Below are positions 1 to 9,634 of a stretch of 32,000 nt of DNA, one piece after another. The notes under the pieces were generated by a model that worked only from the letters and a program-made list of their open reading frames with translations, had not been told where the DNA came from and did no database searches. The DNA is from Geobacter metallireducens GS-15 (lineage in GTDB: Bacteria > Desulfobacterota > Desulfuromonadia > Geobacterales > Geobacteraceae), in the NCBI RefSeq assembly GCF_000012925.1, contig NC_007517.1, positions 2,190,001 through 2,222,000 of the forward strand. The letters run 5' to 3'. The stretch's first letter is position 1; every line of letters begins with the position of its first letter. Made by a program: the position numbers and the translations under genes.

Positions 1-1
1 A

Positions 2-529
2 GGGATCGGCACCCCGCAATGGCAGAGCCTGAAACCGCGCGTGCGGTCTGCGGCCATGGAACTGACCGGCCCGAATCCATCGCTATGGCGCCTCCAGCAG
101 CTGGCGTCCGATGCCCGTAAAGCTGGCGACCTTGATGCCTGGGGTAAATACCAGAAAGAGATCGCAGCACGGGAAGCCACTGCCGTAACGGCCGGTCAGC
201 CGCGGCAGGATCCTTTCACCCTCGCCCTTGCCCGGCGCGACTACCGCGCGGCAGCGGCAATCTGCTTCAGCGGCATGCACAAGGCCGCCACAGTGCAACA
301 GCGCCGGGGACTGTTCATGAAAGGCGTGCGCACCCTCCAGGCCGGCAACCTTCCCCTTGAGGCCCTCAGGGCCGGAGAACAGCACCTGGACGGCCTGTCC
401 GGTGACAGATCCACCCTCATATTCCTGACCAGGGTGAGCCTCGCGGCCAACCAACCGCAACGGGCTCAGTACTTCGTCAGAAAGGCGCTTGGAATGGCGC
501 CGGACCACAAACCGGCGGATCCATCATGA
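2..529 (+). CDS. 3' end of a helical-repeat (TPR-like) protein gene, open to the left window edge
   Basis: The reading frame is open from position 2 with no upstream stop, so the GTG at 41 is only the first possible start in the window. The sequence is Ala/Leu/Arg-rich and looks helical. Its TGA (527-529) overlaps the ATG of the next gene (ATGA at 526-529), suggesting co-translation with the pel genes. Confidence 0.5.
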   Translation, partial: GIGTPQWQSLKPRVRSAAMELTGPNPSLWRLQQLASDARKAGDLDAWGKYQKEIAAREATAVTAGQPRQDPFTLALARRDYRAAAAICFSGMHKAATVQQRRGLFMKGVRTLQAGNLPLEALRAGEQHLDGLSGDRSTLIFLTRVSLAANQPQRAQYFVRKALGMAPDHKPADPS

Positions 530-3360
530 AGATACTGATTGTCATAACAGCAGCCATTATGTTGGCAGTCACACAGTCGAGTGCTCCCTCCCTGTGCCAC
601 GCCGACCAGGGCATGCCACCGCTAGGCCCCTCCACCCCTTTCAATGCCGAGCTGTACAGCCTTGGCTACGATGTCTTTCTGGCGAACAGCAACCCCCACG
701 AAGCCTTCCTTCTGGCTGAACGGGCCGTAGCCATACACCCCAACGACATCGACTGGCGCCGCAGGGCTGCCCAGAGCGGCGAATGGTCGGGCAACAGTCT
801 TGCAGCCCTCGAACACTGGATGCACCTAAACTCTGTGGGGCAGAAGGATGCAGCCGAGAACGCCCTGCGTCTGGCGAGAGCCACACGGCATAACCGTTAT
901 CTCAAGCAGTTGCTTGAACAACGTGGCCCGGGGAAAACCCGGGAGACTCTTGTCGAGTATGCTTCCGTGTGCGAGGCACTGGGATTGCCGGAGAATGCCA
1001 TAGATCTGCTCGAGCGTCACCGTGGCGGTCCGTACCGCAAAGAGGTCCTGGAGCAGCTTTCCAGGCTGTACGAAGCTGTTGGCCGTCCAAAGCAGGCCGT
1101 TGATGCGCTTTTGGAACAGATGAACGCCTTCGGCCTGACCGAAGAAGGAATCCTCAGGGCTTCCGCGCTTACTTTCGGGACCGGCGACGTCAAAGGTGCC
1201 TACGCTATTCTTGACCGCGGGAGACAGATTATCCCGGCCTCGGCCACAGCCTACTGGCAAAGCTTCGACGATCTTGCCTGGTCGCTTCAGGACATGCAGG
1301 CCGTCGAGCTGGCTTCGCGGAAACTATTGGAGAGTGGCAAGGCACGGGAAGAAGACTACCAGCGCCTGATCCTGCTCGGCAGGGACAACGACCCTAAGGC
1401 CGCCTACCGACTCTCTATGGATGGCTGGCAACGCTTCAGGCGGTCCGATTTTCTCAAATCAGCCCTGGAGTTGGGCATTGCTATGAAAGACTACCGTACC
1501 ACGGCCGACATGCTGACCCGGCAGGAGCGTGAAGGTAATCTGAAACCGCAGGAGCAGGATGCCTATTTCTGGAGCCTAGTCTCCCAGGTTCATCGCGGTA
1601 CAGGTGCGACCGGTGAAAGCATCAGGTGCTATCGCGAAGCCCTCAGGCGTGCACCTACCGATAGTGAACTGGCAGCCGAATATGTCTGGCTGCTGCTGGA
1701 CCTCGACCGGAGGGAGGAGTTGCGGGAGCTGCTCATTGCCTGGAAAGGCCGCGAGAATACGATGCCTTCACTCTACGAACCATTCGGAGCAGCGCTTGCT
1801 TATCTCGGGGAATATCATAAGGCTCTCCCTTACTTCCAGGCCAGATACAGCCAAAAGCGCAGTGATCCCGCCTGGTTGGCGGCCTATGCCGACACCATGG
1901 AGCAGGCCGGTTGGGTGGAGGCTGCTTTCCTTGAACGACTGAATGCACTCGCCCTCAGCCGCAGAAGGATGAAGTCGGCACCGGCCGGCAACGGCGGGGA
2001 AAGAGAGACTTTGGTCAGGGATTATGCGCGAGTGGCGATGCTGCTGAAACCGGGAGACGGTGTCGACGGTCTGATGAAGGAGATTACCGCCGGTCGCCAG
2101 GACGATGTAAGCCGCGAGTTAGTGGCAGCCTGGGCGTTATCAAGCCAGCGCAACGACCTGGCCAGGCTGTGGTTCTGGCGCGAGTATGCCCGCATGACCA
2201 GGCGGCCGCGCTGGGTTGAACTGACACTTGCCCTTGAGAACAATGACCGGCCCGCCATGGCCCGTCTGCTTCAGGAGGATTTGGAGCGGCTCCCCTACCG
2301 TGATGCAATCGAGGCCACGGTACGGAGCGGCCAGACACCGCTGGCCGAATCCATCGCCTTTGACCGGTTCCAGGTCAATGACCGAGACTACCTGCTCGAC
2401 AATCAGGTTCGTGATCTGTTTGGCAGCAGGAGCGGCGGCTTCCGCTATCGGCTCTCGCTGTTAGACCGGGAGGGTGTGGGCTTCCTGGAACAGCTGCTCT
2501 CGGTAACGACCGCCTTGACGCCCCGGTTTTCACTGAAGGTTGAGGCGGGAAACAGCGATATCCGCCACCGGGACATGGATGTGGTCGGCATCTACCCTGC
2601 CGGCATCCGGACGGCACGCGTGGGCGCCATCATGCGTCACCCGGGGGGGAGCGCCGAACTCTACGCCGGTGTGCGCGATGCCCTTTACACCCATCCCCAG
2701 ACCGGCCTTTTGGGGAACTGGAAACTGACCGGCAGAGCAACACTGGAAATGGCCCTGCTGAGCGGCGCAGAAAGCGATGAGAGCCTTGGCCTCAAGATTG
2801 GCGGGATGAAAGACGAAATCCGCCTGGGACTGCAGCAAGGCCTTACACCTCGCGACACGCTGCTGCTGCGCCTCAGCGGAAGCATCCTGCGTGACCAGCA
2901 GTGGCGCCGGCTGGGTGACGGCGGTTCCTTCGAGGCAGAACTGACCCACCGCATTATCTTTACCGGTCCCGATACTACGCTGCGTCTCTTCAGCGGCTAC
3001 CACAGCTTCAATCGCGGCCCCGATCCCGTTGGCCGAACCCTCCTGCTGATACCGGCGCAACAGAGAGCGACCAGCGGTTCGGCCTATTTTGTGCCGGAAT
3101 CATTCGCCCAGGCCGGGGTGGGAATCCTGTTCGGAGAGGAAGGTCGGGACAACTATACCCGCGACTGGCGCACGTTCGGGGCTCTTGATGTCAGCTGGAA
3201 CAGCAACAGCGGCACCGGGTTTTACTACAAAGTAGGCGTGGTGGGGCCGTTGTTGGGACTGGATAAGCTGGAAGGGGCCTTTTCCCAGGAAAAAGGCTCA
3301 TTTGGAACAAGCGATATCAACAGCCGCCTTGACCTGAACTACCGTTACTATTTCAGATAG
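526..3360 (+). CDS. pelB: PelB-like outer-membrane export scaffold (signal peptide, TPR region, C-terminal beta-barrel)
   Basis: 944 aa. The N-terminal signal peptide is MKILIVITAAIMLAVTQSSAPSLCHA. A long helical-repeat region follows (many AxxLxxA/YxxA repeats). The last ~330 aa show alternating beta-strand-like sequence and end in the aromatic-rich ...LDLNYRYYFR typical of OM barrels. It sits directly upstream of the pelA-like and pelCDEFG genes. Confidence 0.75.
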   Translation: MKILIVITAAIMLAVTQSSAPSLCHADQGMPPLGPSTPFNAELYSLGYDVFLANSNPHEAFLLAERAVAIHPNDIDWRRRAAQSGEWSGNSLAALEHWMHLNSVGQKDAAENALRLARATRHNRYLKQLLEQRGPGKTRETLVEYASVCEALGLPENAIDLLERHRGGPYRKEVLEQLSRLYEAVGRPKQAVDALLEQMNAFGLTEEGILRASALTFGTGDVKGAYAILDRGRQIIPASATAYWQSFDDLAWSLQDMQAVELASRKLLESGKAREEDYQRLILLGRDNDPKAAYRLSMDGWQRFRRSDFLKSALELGIAMKDYRTTADMLTRQEREGNLKPQEQDAYFWSLVSQVHRGTGATGESIRCYREALRRAPTDSELAAEYVWLLLDLDRREELRELLIAWKGRENTMPSLYEPFGAALAYLGEYHKALPYFQARYSQKRSDPAWLAAYADTMEQAGWVEAAFLERLNALALSRRRMKSAPAGNGGERETLVRDYARVAMLLKPGDGVDGLMKEITAGRQDDVSRELVAAWALSSQRNDLARLWFWREYARMTRRPRWVELTLALENNDRPAMARLLQEDLERLPYRDAIEATVRSGQTPLAESIAFDRFQVNDRDYLLDNQVRDLFGSRSGGFRYRLSLLDREGVGFLEQLLSVTTALTPRFSLKVEAGNSDIRHRDMDVVGIYPAGIRTARVGAIMRHPGGSAELYAGVRDALYTHPQTGLLGNWKLTGRATLEMALLSGAESDESLGLKIGGMKDEIRLGLQQGLTPRDTLLLRLSGSILRDQQWRRLGDGGSFEAELTHRIIFTGPDTTLRLFSGYHSFNRGPDPVGRTLLLIPAQQRATSGSAYFVPESFAQAGVGILFGEEGRDNYTRDWRTFGALDVSWNSNSGTGFYYKVGVVGPLLGLDKLEGAFSQEKGSFGTSDINSRLDLNYRYYFR

Positions 3361-3369
3361 GATCAACAC

Positions 3370-5184
3370 ATGGCAAACCAGTACTCCGACAACAGAAGCG
3401 GAGCCGACGGCCACTTGGGAATAGTGGCGCGCCTTGCCCTGGCCTTTGTGCTGGCATTCGCCGCCGGATGCAGCAGTGGGACCAAGGACGGTTCCTCGCC
3501 CGCCAACAACGGCAACCAGCCCGGTGGCAGCACCCCGGTCCAGCCTTTTACGGGTCCGGATCCCAACCTGGGCATGAAGGTGCGAGATAAGGCGGCCAAG
3601 GCCGATTCCTACGCCATCACCTACGGCCCCCTCACCAAGGCGGATATCGATACGCTCAAGACCTATCCCCTGGTCATCGTCCATCCGTACAACGGCAACC
3701 TCACCAGGGACCATATCATGTGGATCAAGCAAGGGGTTGACCCCAATGACCCCAGCGACAACCCGGTGGTACTCTGCTACGTGTCCATCGGCGAGGACAC
3801 CCGCACCTTCCAGCTCACCGACGCCCAGATGCGGGCTGATTCTCGTTTCACGGGCGACGGAAGCGGTCCGTCGATCGATCCGCGGGGCCCCGGCGTCCGA
3901 TCACTGGTCGGCCTCGACCCGAAGGGGACACCGACCAACGGTGGATTCGCATCGTACTATGTCAACGACAACGCCCTGCGCTGTGCCGGGGACCCGAAGA
4001 ACGTACCCGACCAGAACGGCAACTTCAGGACCCGCTTCGTCAATGCCGGAGACCCGCTCTGGTACGACACTGTCAAAACAATGGTGATGGATGTGAAACG
4101 CCACACCCCTCCCGGCCTGCGTCAACTCCTCACTGAAGACCCGGACGTCCAAGGATTGGGATGCGACGGTGTCTTCCTGGACACCATCGATACGGCCGCG
4201 CCCAACAAATACACCGCCTGCTCGGACACCAATCATTCCAGCTCGGAGTGGACCGCAAAGGGATTCTCGGATTTCATTCGAAGACTAAGGGCTGATTTCC
4301 CCAACAAAATCATTCTCCAAAACCGTGGCCTCTTCTTCTTCGATCCACGGGAACCCCATTACCAGGTTTCGGCGCGGGGGGCCATCGATATCGGTTTCTT
4401 TGAGAGTTACTATCTCGACAACGATTCACAGACGGCCGTTTCCCCCTATTTCCCGGACAACAAGTACAATTCGATGCCCAAGATCATGGCTGAAGCCAAC
4501 CGTCCGCTGCCGGACGGCTTCAAGATGCTCTCCCTGGGTTATGCCAATGGATTCGGTGGACCGAAACCGGGCATGGATGTGCAGACCCTGCTGGGGAATT
4601 CAACCACAGGATATGACATTCTGATGCAGGATATTCTGGAGGCCCATTCGGTCGGTTTCAGGCATTACATCACCAATGCCCCCGTCGATCTGGTGAACTC
4701 GTTCGTAATGAACAATGAGAACATGAACGACACAACGGCACCGGCCTGGTCCAGCGTGTTCAATATCCACTATAACGATTACCCCACCAGTGCGCCCGAT
4801 GTGCGTCCCGGAATCGGGAAAATCGATCTAAGCGGCGACACCGTCACCGTGTCATGGGACGTGGCCCTGGACATGAACCGGGTCAGCTATGCGCTCTACT
4901 ACCAGACCGTCCCCTTCAACTTCGCGCTGCCCCAACCTCTTGCCAATGCCACCAAGGCGGTCCTCACACCTTCGGTCGGATCAGGTTACGATCTGGTCTG
5001 GCAAACCCCTGATCCCGGGCTGGCGTTACAGAACGTTTACCCCTACCAGAGTTCCGTAACACTTCCCGGCCTGCAGGGCGGAACCACCTACTATCTTCTC
5101 TTGCGGGCCTTCGACAGCAAGGGGAATGAAGAAGTAAACCAAGTCGTATGGACGTGCTCAAACACAACCTGTTCAAAATTGTAA
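3370..5184 (+). CDS. pelA: PelA-like glycoside hydrolase lipoprotein (GH114/PelA-hydrolase-type TIM barrel plus C-terminal FN3/Ig-like module); no deacetylase region
   Basis: 604 aa. Lipobox ...LAFAAGC (Cys34). Motifs VLCYVSIGEDTR and GCDGVFLDTIDT resemble the GH114/PelA N-terminal hydrolase family. The C-terminal beta-rich module reads TVTVSWDV...YALYYQ...GGTTYYLLLRAFDSKGNE. An alternative GTG start at 3424 would give a clean 16-aa lipoprotein signal (MARLALAFVLAFAAGC). Confidence 0.65.
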   Translation: MANQYSDNRSGADGHLGIVARLALAFVLAFAAGCSSGTKDGSSPANNGNQPGGSTPVQPFTGPDPNLGMKVRDKAAKADSYAITYGPLTKADIDTLKTYPLVIVHPYNGNLTRDHIMWIKQGVDPNDPSDNPVVLCYVSIGEDTRTFQLTDAQMRADSRFTGDGSGPSIDPRGPGVRSLVGLDPKGTPTNGGFASYYVNDNALRCAGDPKNVPDQNGNFRTRFVNAGDPLWYDTVKTMVMDVKRHTPPGLRQLLTEDPDVQGLGCDGVFLDTIDTAAPNKYTACSDTNHSSSEWTAKGFSDFIRRLRADFPNKIILQNRGLFFFDPREPHYQVSARGAIDIGFFESYYLDNDSQTAVSPYFPDNKYNSMPKIMAEANRPLPDGFKMLSLGYANGFGGPKPGMDVQTLLGNSTTGYDILMQDILEAHSVGFRHYITNAPVDLVNSFVMNNENMNDTTAPAWSSVFNIHYNDYPTSAPDVRPGIGKIDLSGDTVTVSWDVALDMNRVSYALYYQTVPFNFALPQPLANATKAVLTPSVGSGYDLVWQTPDPGLALQNVYPYQSSVTLPGLQGGTTYYLLLRAFDSKGNEEVNQVVWTCSNTTCSKL

Positions 5185-5194
5185 AGGAGGCATT

Positions 5195-5734
5195 ATGAAG
5201 AAGATATTCGTGGTTTTGCTGGTCGGCCTGCTGCTGTCCGGCTGTGTGACCCTGAGACAGGGGGGCGGCACCGTTTCCTTCACTGACAGCTGGGCCCTTC
5301 TGCCGTTCATCAACAACACCGAAACGCCCTACGCCGCCGAGCGGGCCGAGGCAGTGACCGCCGCGCTGCTCCACACCCACGGAATGCAGAAGCTTGAGCG
5401 CACAGTGACGGAAACAGCCAAGGGTGACGACCATCTCGGGCTTGACCGGGGTGAGCTGAAGCAGAAAGCGGCCCTGGAAGCGGCCAAACAGAAGAAAGTC
5501 CGCTACGCCATTGCCGGCACGGTCAACGAGTGGCGTTACAAGGTTGGCCTTGACGGCGAGCCTGTGGCCGGCTTCACCCTGCAGGTGATTGAACTGCCCG
5601 AGGAGAAGGTGGTCTGGAGTGGCGTGGCCGGAAAAAGCGGCTGGAGCCGTGATGCGGTCAGCGCCGTTGCCCAACAGGTTCTCGACAGCCTTATTGGAGA
5701 TCTTGAAAAGGCGGCTGCAACCAACACCAAGTAG
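5195..5734 (+). CDS. pelC: PelC-like outer-membrane lipoprotein
   Basis: 179 aa, close to the ~172 aa of P. aeruginosa PelC. Lipobox LLLSGC. The motif SWALLPFINNTETPYAAERAEAV resembles the PelC family. Strong RBS AAGGAGG at 5184-5190. Position between the pelA-like gene and pelD. Confidence 0.8.
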   Translation: MKKIFVVLLVGLLLSGCVTLRQGGGTVSFTDSWALLPFINNTETPYAAERAEAVTAALLHTHGMQKLERTVTETAKGDDHLGLDRGELKQKAALEAAKQKKVRYAIAGTVNEWRYKVGLDGEPVAGFTLQVIELPEEKVVWSGVAGKSGWSRDAVSAVAQQVLDSLIGDLEKAAATNTK

Positions 5735-7128
5735 TGACGAGTAATAACATGGCATTCAACAAAGACAGCACCATGATACTTGACAGGTGGCTGGAGACCT
5801 TTGCCATCACCGCCATCGCGGTAACGGGAGGGTTTCTCCTCAACAGCAGCGACCCATTATTCGTGCATGCCCGATTCCCATGGGTCTGGTTCGGGCCACT
5901 GCTGATTGCCCTGCGCTATGGCATCGCTCCGGGACTCGTCTCGACAGGGGGAATCTGTCTGGCGCTCCTGGTCATGCCCCGCTTCGGTCTTCCGATTGGT
6001 GAGTTTCCCACCAACTACGTGCTGGGTGGCCTGCTCATGGTTTTGATAACAGGACAGTTCAGCGATATCTGGAGCAAGCGCCTAAGACACGCCAACCAGC
6101 TGAGCAACCATACGAGTGAGCGCTTCGAGCAACTGTCCCGAGCCTACTTCATGGTCCGTCTGTCCCATGACAGACTGGAACAGAACCTGATCAGCCGGCC
6201 AGTCACGCTGCGGGATGCCATGATTAACCTTCGCAATCTGCTGGCAAAACATGACGGGAGGATGGACAGTGAAACCAGCGCAGCCCTCCTCTCGATCCTC
6301 ATGCATTACTGCAGCCTGGAAAGCGCCGCCATCTATCCGGCAAACGATGACGGCGAACTACTGGATGTTCCCATTGCCAAGTGCGGCAAGGGCGCACCGC
6401 TGAATAGAGACGACCTGCTGCTCCGCTCGGCCATCGAGTCAGGCTATTCCGCCTACCAGGCCATAAACCGGCATATCGTTGAGGGGCGGCCTTCAGCGCC
6501 GTCAGCACTCTCGTCGGCGGTCTGGAGTGTGGACGTATCACGCGACGAATCGAAGGAGCAGACGTCCTATCTGGTTGTCGCACCAATGCGCACCAGTTCG
6601 GGCAAACTGCTCGGTTTGCTGCTGGTCACGGAAATGCCTTTCCTCAACCTGCATCGCGAAACACTGCAGATAATGGGTGTTCTGTTGGCCTATTCCTCCG
6701 ATCAGGCAGAATCCGTCGAGCGGGCCAGGGATATACTGGGTCTCTTTCCGGACTGCCCCCCCAATTTTGCCGCTGAGCTGATCAAGACCGTTCGTCTTAA
6801 GCGTGACCTTCATGTAAGCAGCGCCCTGGTGATGGTACAAGTCATGGCCGACTCCCGTCTGGACGAGATATGCAAAACCATGGAGCGACAGCAACGGGGC
6901 CTGGATCACTCGTGGCTGAGAACAACGGACTGGGGGGCACAGTTCGTTACCCTGATGCCTTTTTCAGGGCCGGCCTCCATTGAAGGGTATAAGTCGCGCA
7001 TTCATGAAATACTGCAGCGCCAGGTTGGCAGAAGTACCGGGCAAGAAGGCATCACCATGCACTCCACGAGTGTGACAACCGATGATCCCCTTGTTCAACT
7101 GGTTGCCCTGCTGGAGGAGAAGCAATGA
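5734..7128 (+). CDS. pelD: PelD-like inner-membrane c-di-GMP receptor (TM helices, GAF-like region, degenerate GGDEF)
   Basis: 464 aa, against ~455 aa for P. aeruginosa PelD. The N-terminus has several hydrophobic helices. An RxxD I-site-like RGLD (aa 388-391) lies 5 residues before a degenerate TTDWG in the GGDEF position. The start is ambiguous: GTG at 5734 overlaps the pelC stop, or ATG at 5749. Confidence 0.8.
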   Translation: MTSNNMAFNKDSTMILDRWLETFAITAIAVTGGFLLNSSDPLFVHARFPWVWFGPLLIALRYGIAPGLVSTGGICLALLVMPRFGLPIGEFPTNYVLGGLLMVLITGQFSDIWSKRLRHANQLSNHTSERFEQLSRAYFMVRLSHDRLEQNLISRPVTLRDAMINLRNLLAKHDGRMDSETSAALLSILMHYCSLESAAIYPANDDGELLDVPIAKCGKGAPLNRDDLLLRSAIESGYSAYQAINRHIVEGRPSAPSALSSAVWSVDVSRDESKEQTSYLVVAPMRTSSGKLLGLLLVTEMPFLNLHRETLQIMGVLLAYSSDQAESVERARDILGLFPDCPPNFAAELIKTVRLKRDLHVSSALVMVQVMADSRLDEICKTMERQQRGLDHSWLRTTDWGAQFVTLMPFSGPASIEGYKSRIHEILQRQVGRSTGQEGITMHSTSVTTDDPLVQLVALLEEKQ

Positions 7129-8117
7129 TTCGGATCATACTGTTGCTAGCGGGGTTTCTTTGCGAGTATACAGCCCTTCAGGCGCTTTTCAGCCAGCAGC
7201 AGGTATGGATCCGCCTGATTCTGTTTATTGTTTCTCACCTGATCGCCGCAGTATCCCTTGCGCTCCTGCTCCGGTTGTCCCTTCCTCGTCAAGCTGACAC
7301 GAAAAAATGGGGCAGTCTGGCATTATTCTTCAGCTTCGCCTTTTTCATCCCTGTTCTCGGATGCATAGGGATGCTGGGTGCACTTGTCTATTTCCGCTTC
7401 TTACTCCGCTTCGATGCCCGGCCCGAATTTTTCAGCGTTCCGATGACCCCGTTCATGCAGGAATCAGGGGGACCGGCTCCAGGGATGGGGGAAGGAGGCG
7501 CGTGGTCGCGACTGCGGTCAGAATCCCTGCCCCGCCCCATGCGCCTGAAGGCCCTGCTGGCCGCCGGTTCCAGCAACAGTCGTGATGCCAGCCGATTGCT
7601 GCACTTTGCCACCAGCGATAATGATGATGAAATTCGCCTGCTGGCCTTCAACCTGGCAGACCAGCGCGAGAAGGTCATCAGCAAGACCATATCTCAGTCG
7701 CTGGCCGAGTTGAAAAATGCCTCAGACCGTGACGAACGGCTCCTGCATTGCCGCAAGCTGGCCTTTTCGTACTGGGAGCTCATCTTCAACGATCTTGCCC
7801 AGAAAGACTTGGCAGAATTCTATGTTCTGCAGTCAATCACTTATGCCACCCAAGCCCTGGATATGGACGCCACTGACCCCAACCTGTTGCTACTGCTGGG
7901 ACGCTTGCACCTGTGGAGGGAGGATCTGGAGTCCGCCGAAAAGGCGATTAACGACGCCATGAACAATGGCGCGCACCGTGACCGAGTGGTTCCGTATCTG
8001 GCTGAACTGGCTTTCCTCCGCAGGGATTTCGTCACCATGAATAGCTGCTTCGAACTGAATCCTCTGCTTCGCCACAAGCCCGGGATAGGGCCGGTGGCGC
8101 AATTCTGGATGGGTTAA
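7125..8117 (+). CDS. pelE: PelE-like inner-membrane TPR protein
   Basis: 330 aa, against ~329 aa for P. aeruginosa PelE. Two or more N-terminal TM helices are followed by a helical-repeat C-terminus. ATGA overlap with the pelD stop (7125-7128). RBS GGAGGAGA at 7113-7120. Confidence 0.75.
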   Translation: MIRIILLLAGFLCEYTALQALFSQQQVWIRLILFIVSHLIAAVSLALLLRLSLPRQADTKKWGSLALFFSFAFFIPVLGCIGMLGALVYFRFLLRFDARPEFFSVPMTPFMQESGGPAPGMGEGGAWSRLRSESLPRPMRLKALLAAGSSNSRDASRLLHFATSDNDDEIRLLAFNLADQREKVISKTISQSLAELKNASDRDERLLHCRKLAFSYWELIFNDLAQKDLAEFYVLQSITYATQALDMDATDPNLLLLLGRLHLWREDLESAEKAINDAMNNGAHRDRVVPYLAELAFLRRDFVTMNSCFELNPLLRHKPGIGPVAQFWMG

Positions 8118-8122
8118 CCACT

Positions 8123-9634
8123 ATGGATCGTTTCCCGAAATCAGATAACGTGGATATCATGCTGCTTCTGGAGGGGACCTTCCCCTACGTCAGCGGCGGG
8201 GTATCCAGCTGGGTCAACCAGATCATACTGGCGTTTCCGGAATACCGGTTCGGCGCGCTATTCATCGGCAGCAGCCGCAGTGATTACGGCGAATTTAAGT
8301 ATGATCTTCCGCCAAACCTGGTCCACCTGGAGTGTCATTACCTCCATGACGAATTGGCTATGCCCGCCATCCGCCCCATGGCGGGCAACTCCGGCGCATT
8401 CGAAACCGTGCGGCGCATCCATGAATTGTTTCTGCGTCCTGACGAAGGTACGCTTGACCGTGCTCTGAAAACGCCGGACTTCTACCTTGACTCCAACAAC
8501 GGAGCGAACTTCGAACAGTTCCTCTACTCGAAAAAATCCTGGGAGCTGATCTGTGATCTCTACCAGGAACGCTGCACTGATCCTTCCTTCGTCGATTATT
8601 TCTGGACAGTCCGTAACATGCATACTCCCATCTGGCTGCTGGCCGCCATCGCAAAGCGACTCATACCGGCGCGGGTGTATCATACGGTGTCAACCGGCTA
8701 TGCCGGTTTCCTGGGCGCACTTCTTCACCACAACAGCGGGCGGCCGCTGATCCTGAGCGAACATGGCATCTACACCAAGGAGCGGCGCATCGATATCTTC
8801 AGCAGCGACTGGATCCAGGACAACCGCAATGCCCTGCAGAAAGACCCCACGGAAGTAAGCTATTACCGCGACCTCTGGATACGGTTTTTCGAAACCATCG
8901 GCCGTTTCTGCTATGGGGCGGCAAGCAATATCGTGTCACTCTACGAAGGGGCCAGGGAACGCGAAATAGGTGACGGAGCCCCCCGTGAGCGCACCATGGT
9001 GGTACCCAACGGAATCAATATCGCCCGGTTCGCGAAGCTGCGGGAGCGACGCCCTGACAACCCTCCACCGGTACTGACCCTGGTGGGGCGGGTGGTGCCT
9101 ATCAAAGACATCAAAACTTTTATCCGTGCCCTACGGCTGGCTGCCAACAGCCTGCCGGGGGTTCAGGGATGGATCATCGGCCCCGAAGACGAAAACCCTG
9201 AGTATGCCGCCGAGTGCCGTGATCTTGCGGAAAGTCTCCACATCGCCTCGAATCTCAGCTTCATGGGATTCAGGAATCCAATGGAGATTTTCCCGGATAC
9301 CGGCGTCATGATCCTCAGCTCGGTCAGCGAAGGGGTACCCTTGGTCATTCTGGAGGCGTTTGCCGCCGGCATACCGGTCGTGGCAACCGATGTCGGCGCC
9401 TGCCGCCAGCTGATCATGGGCCACGGCCAGGAGGACGAGGCCATCGGCGCGGCTGGAGGGGTGGTATCCATCAACAACCCCCATGACCTTGCAGGGGAGG
9501 CCCTGCGGCTCCTGAAGGATCCCGACCACTGGAAACGCGCCAGCAATGCGGCCATTTCTAGGGTCGAACGTTACTATACCGAGCAACAGATGTTCGACAG
9601 CTACCGGCAATTGTACCAGCGAGGAATAGACTGA
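8123..9634 (+). CDS. pelF: PelF-like cytoplasmic GT4 glycosyltransferase
   Basis: 503 aa. The N-terminus DIMLLLEGTFPYVSGGVSSWVNQI closely matches the characteristic PelF N-terminus. GT4 C-terminal motifs are present (SEGVPLVILEAFAAGIPVVATDVG). Confidence 0.9.
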   Translation: MDRFPKSDNVDIMLLLEGTFPYVSGGVSSWVNQIILAFPEYRFGALFIGSSRSDYGEFKYDLPPNLVHLECHYLHDELAMPAIRPMAGNSGAFETVRRIHELFLRPDEGTLDRALKTPDFYLDSNNGANFEQFLYSKKSWELICDLYQERCTDPSFVDYFWTVRNMHTPIWLLAAIAKRLIPARVYHTVSTGYAGFLGALLHHNSGRPLILSEHGIYTKERRIDIFSSDWIQDNRNALQKDPTEVSYYRDLWIRFFETIGRFCYGAASNIVSLYEGAREREIGDGAPRERTMVVPNGINIARFAKLRERRPDNPPPVLTLVGRVVPIKDIKTFIRALRLAANSLPGVQGWIIGPEDENPEYAAECRDLAESLHIASNLSFMGFRNPMEIFPDTGVMILSSVSEGVPLVILEAFAAGIPVVATDVGACRQLIMGHGQEDEAIGAAGGVVSINNPHDLAGEALRLLKDPDHWKRASNAAISRVERYYTEQQMFDSYRQLYQRGID

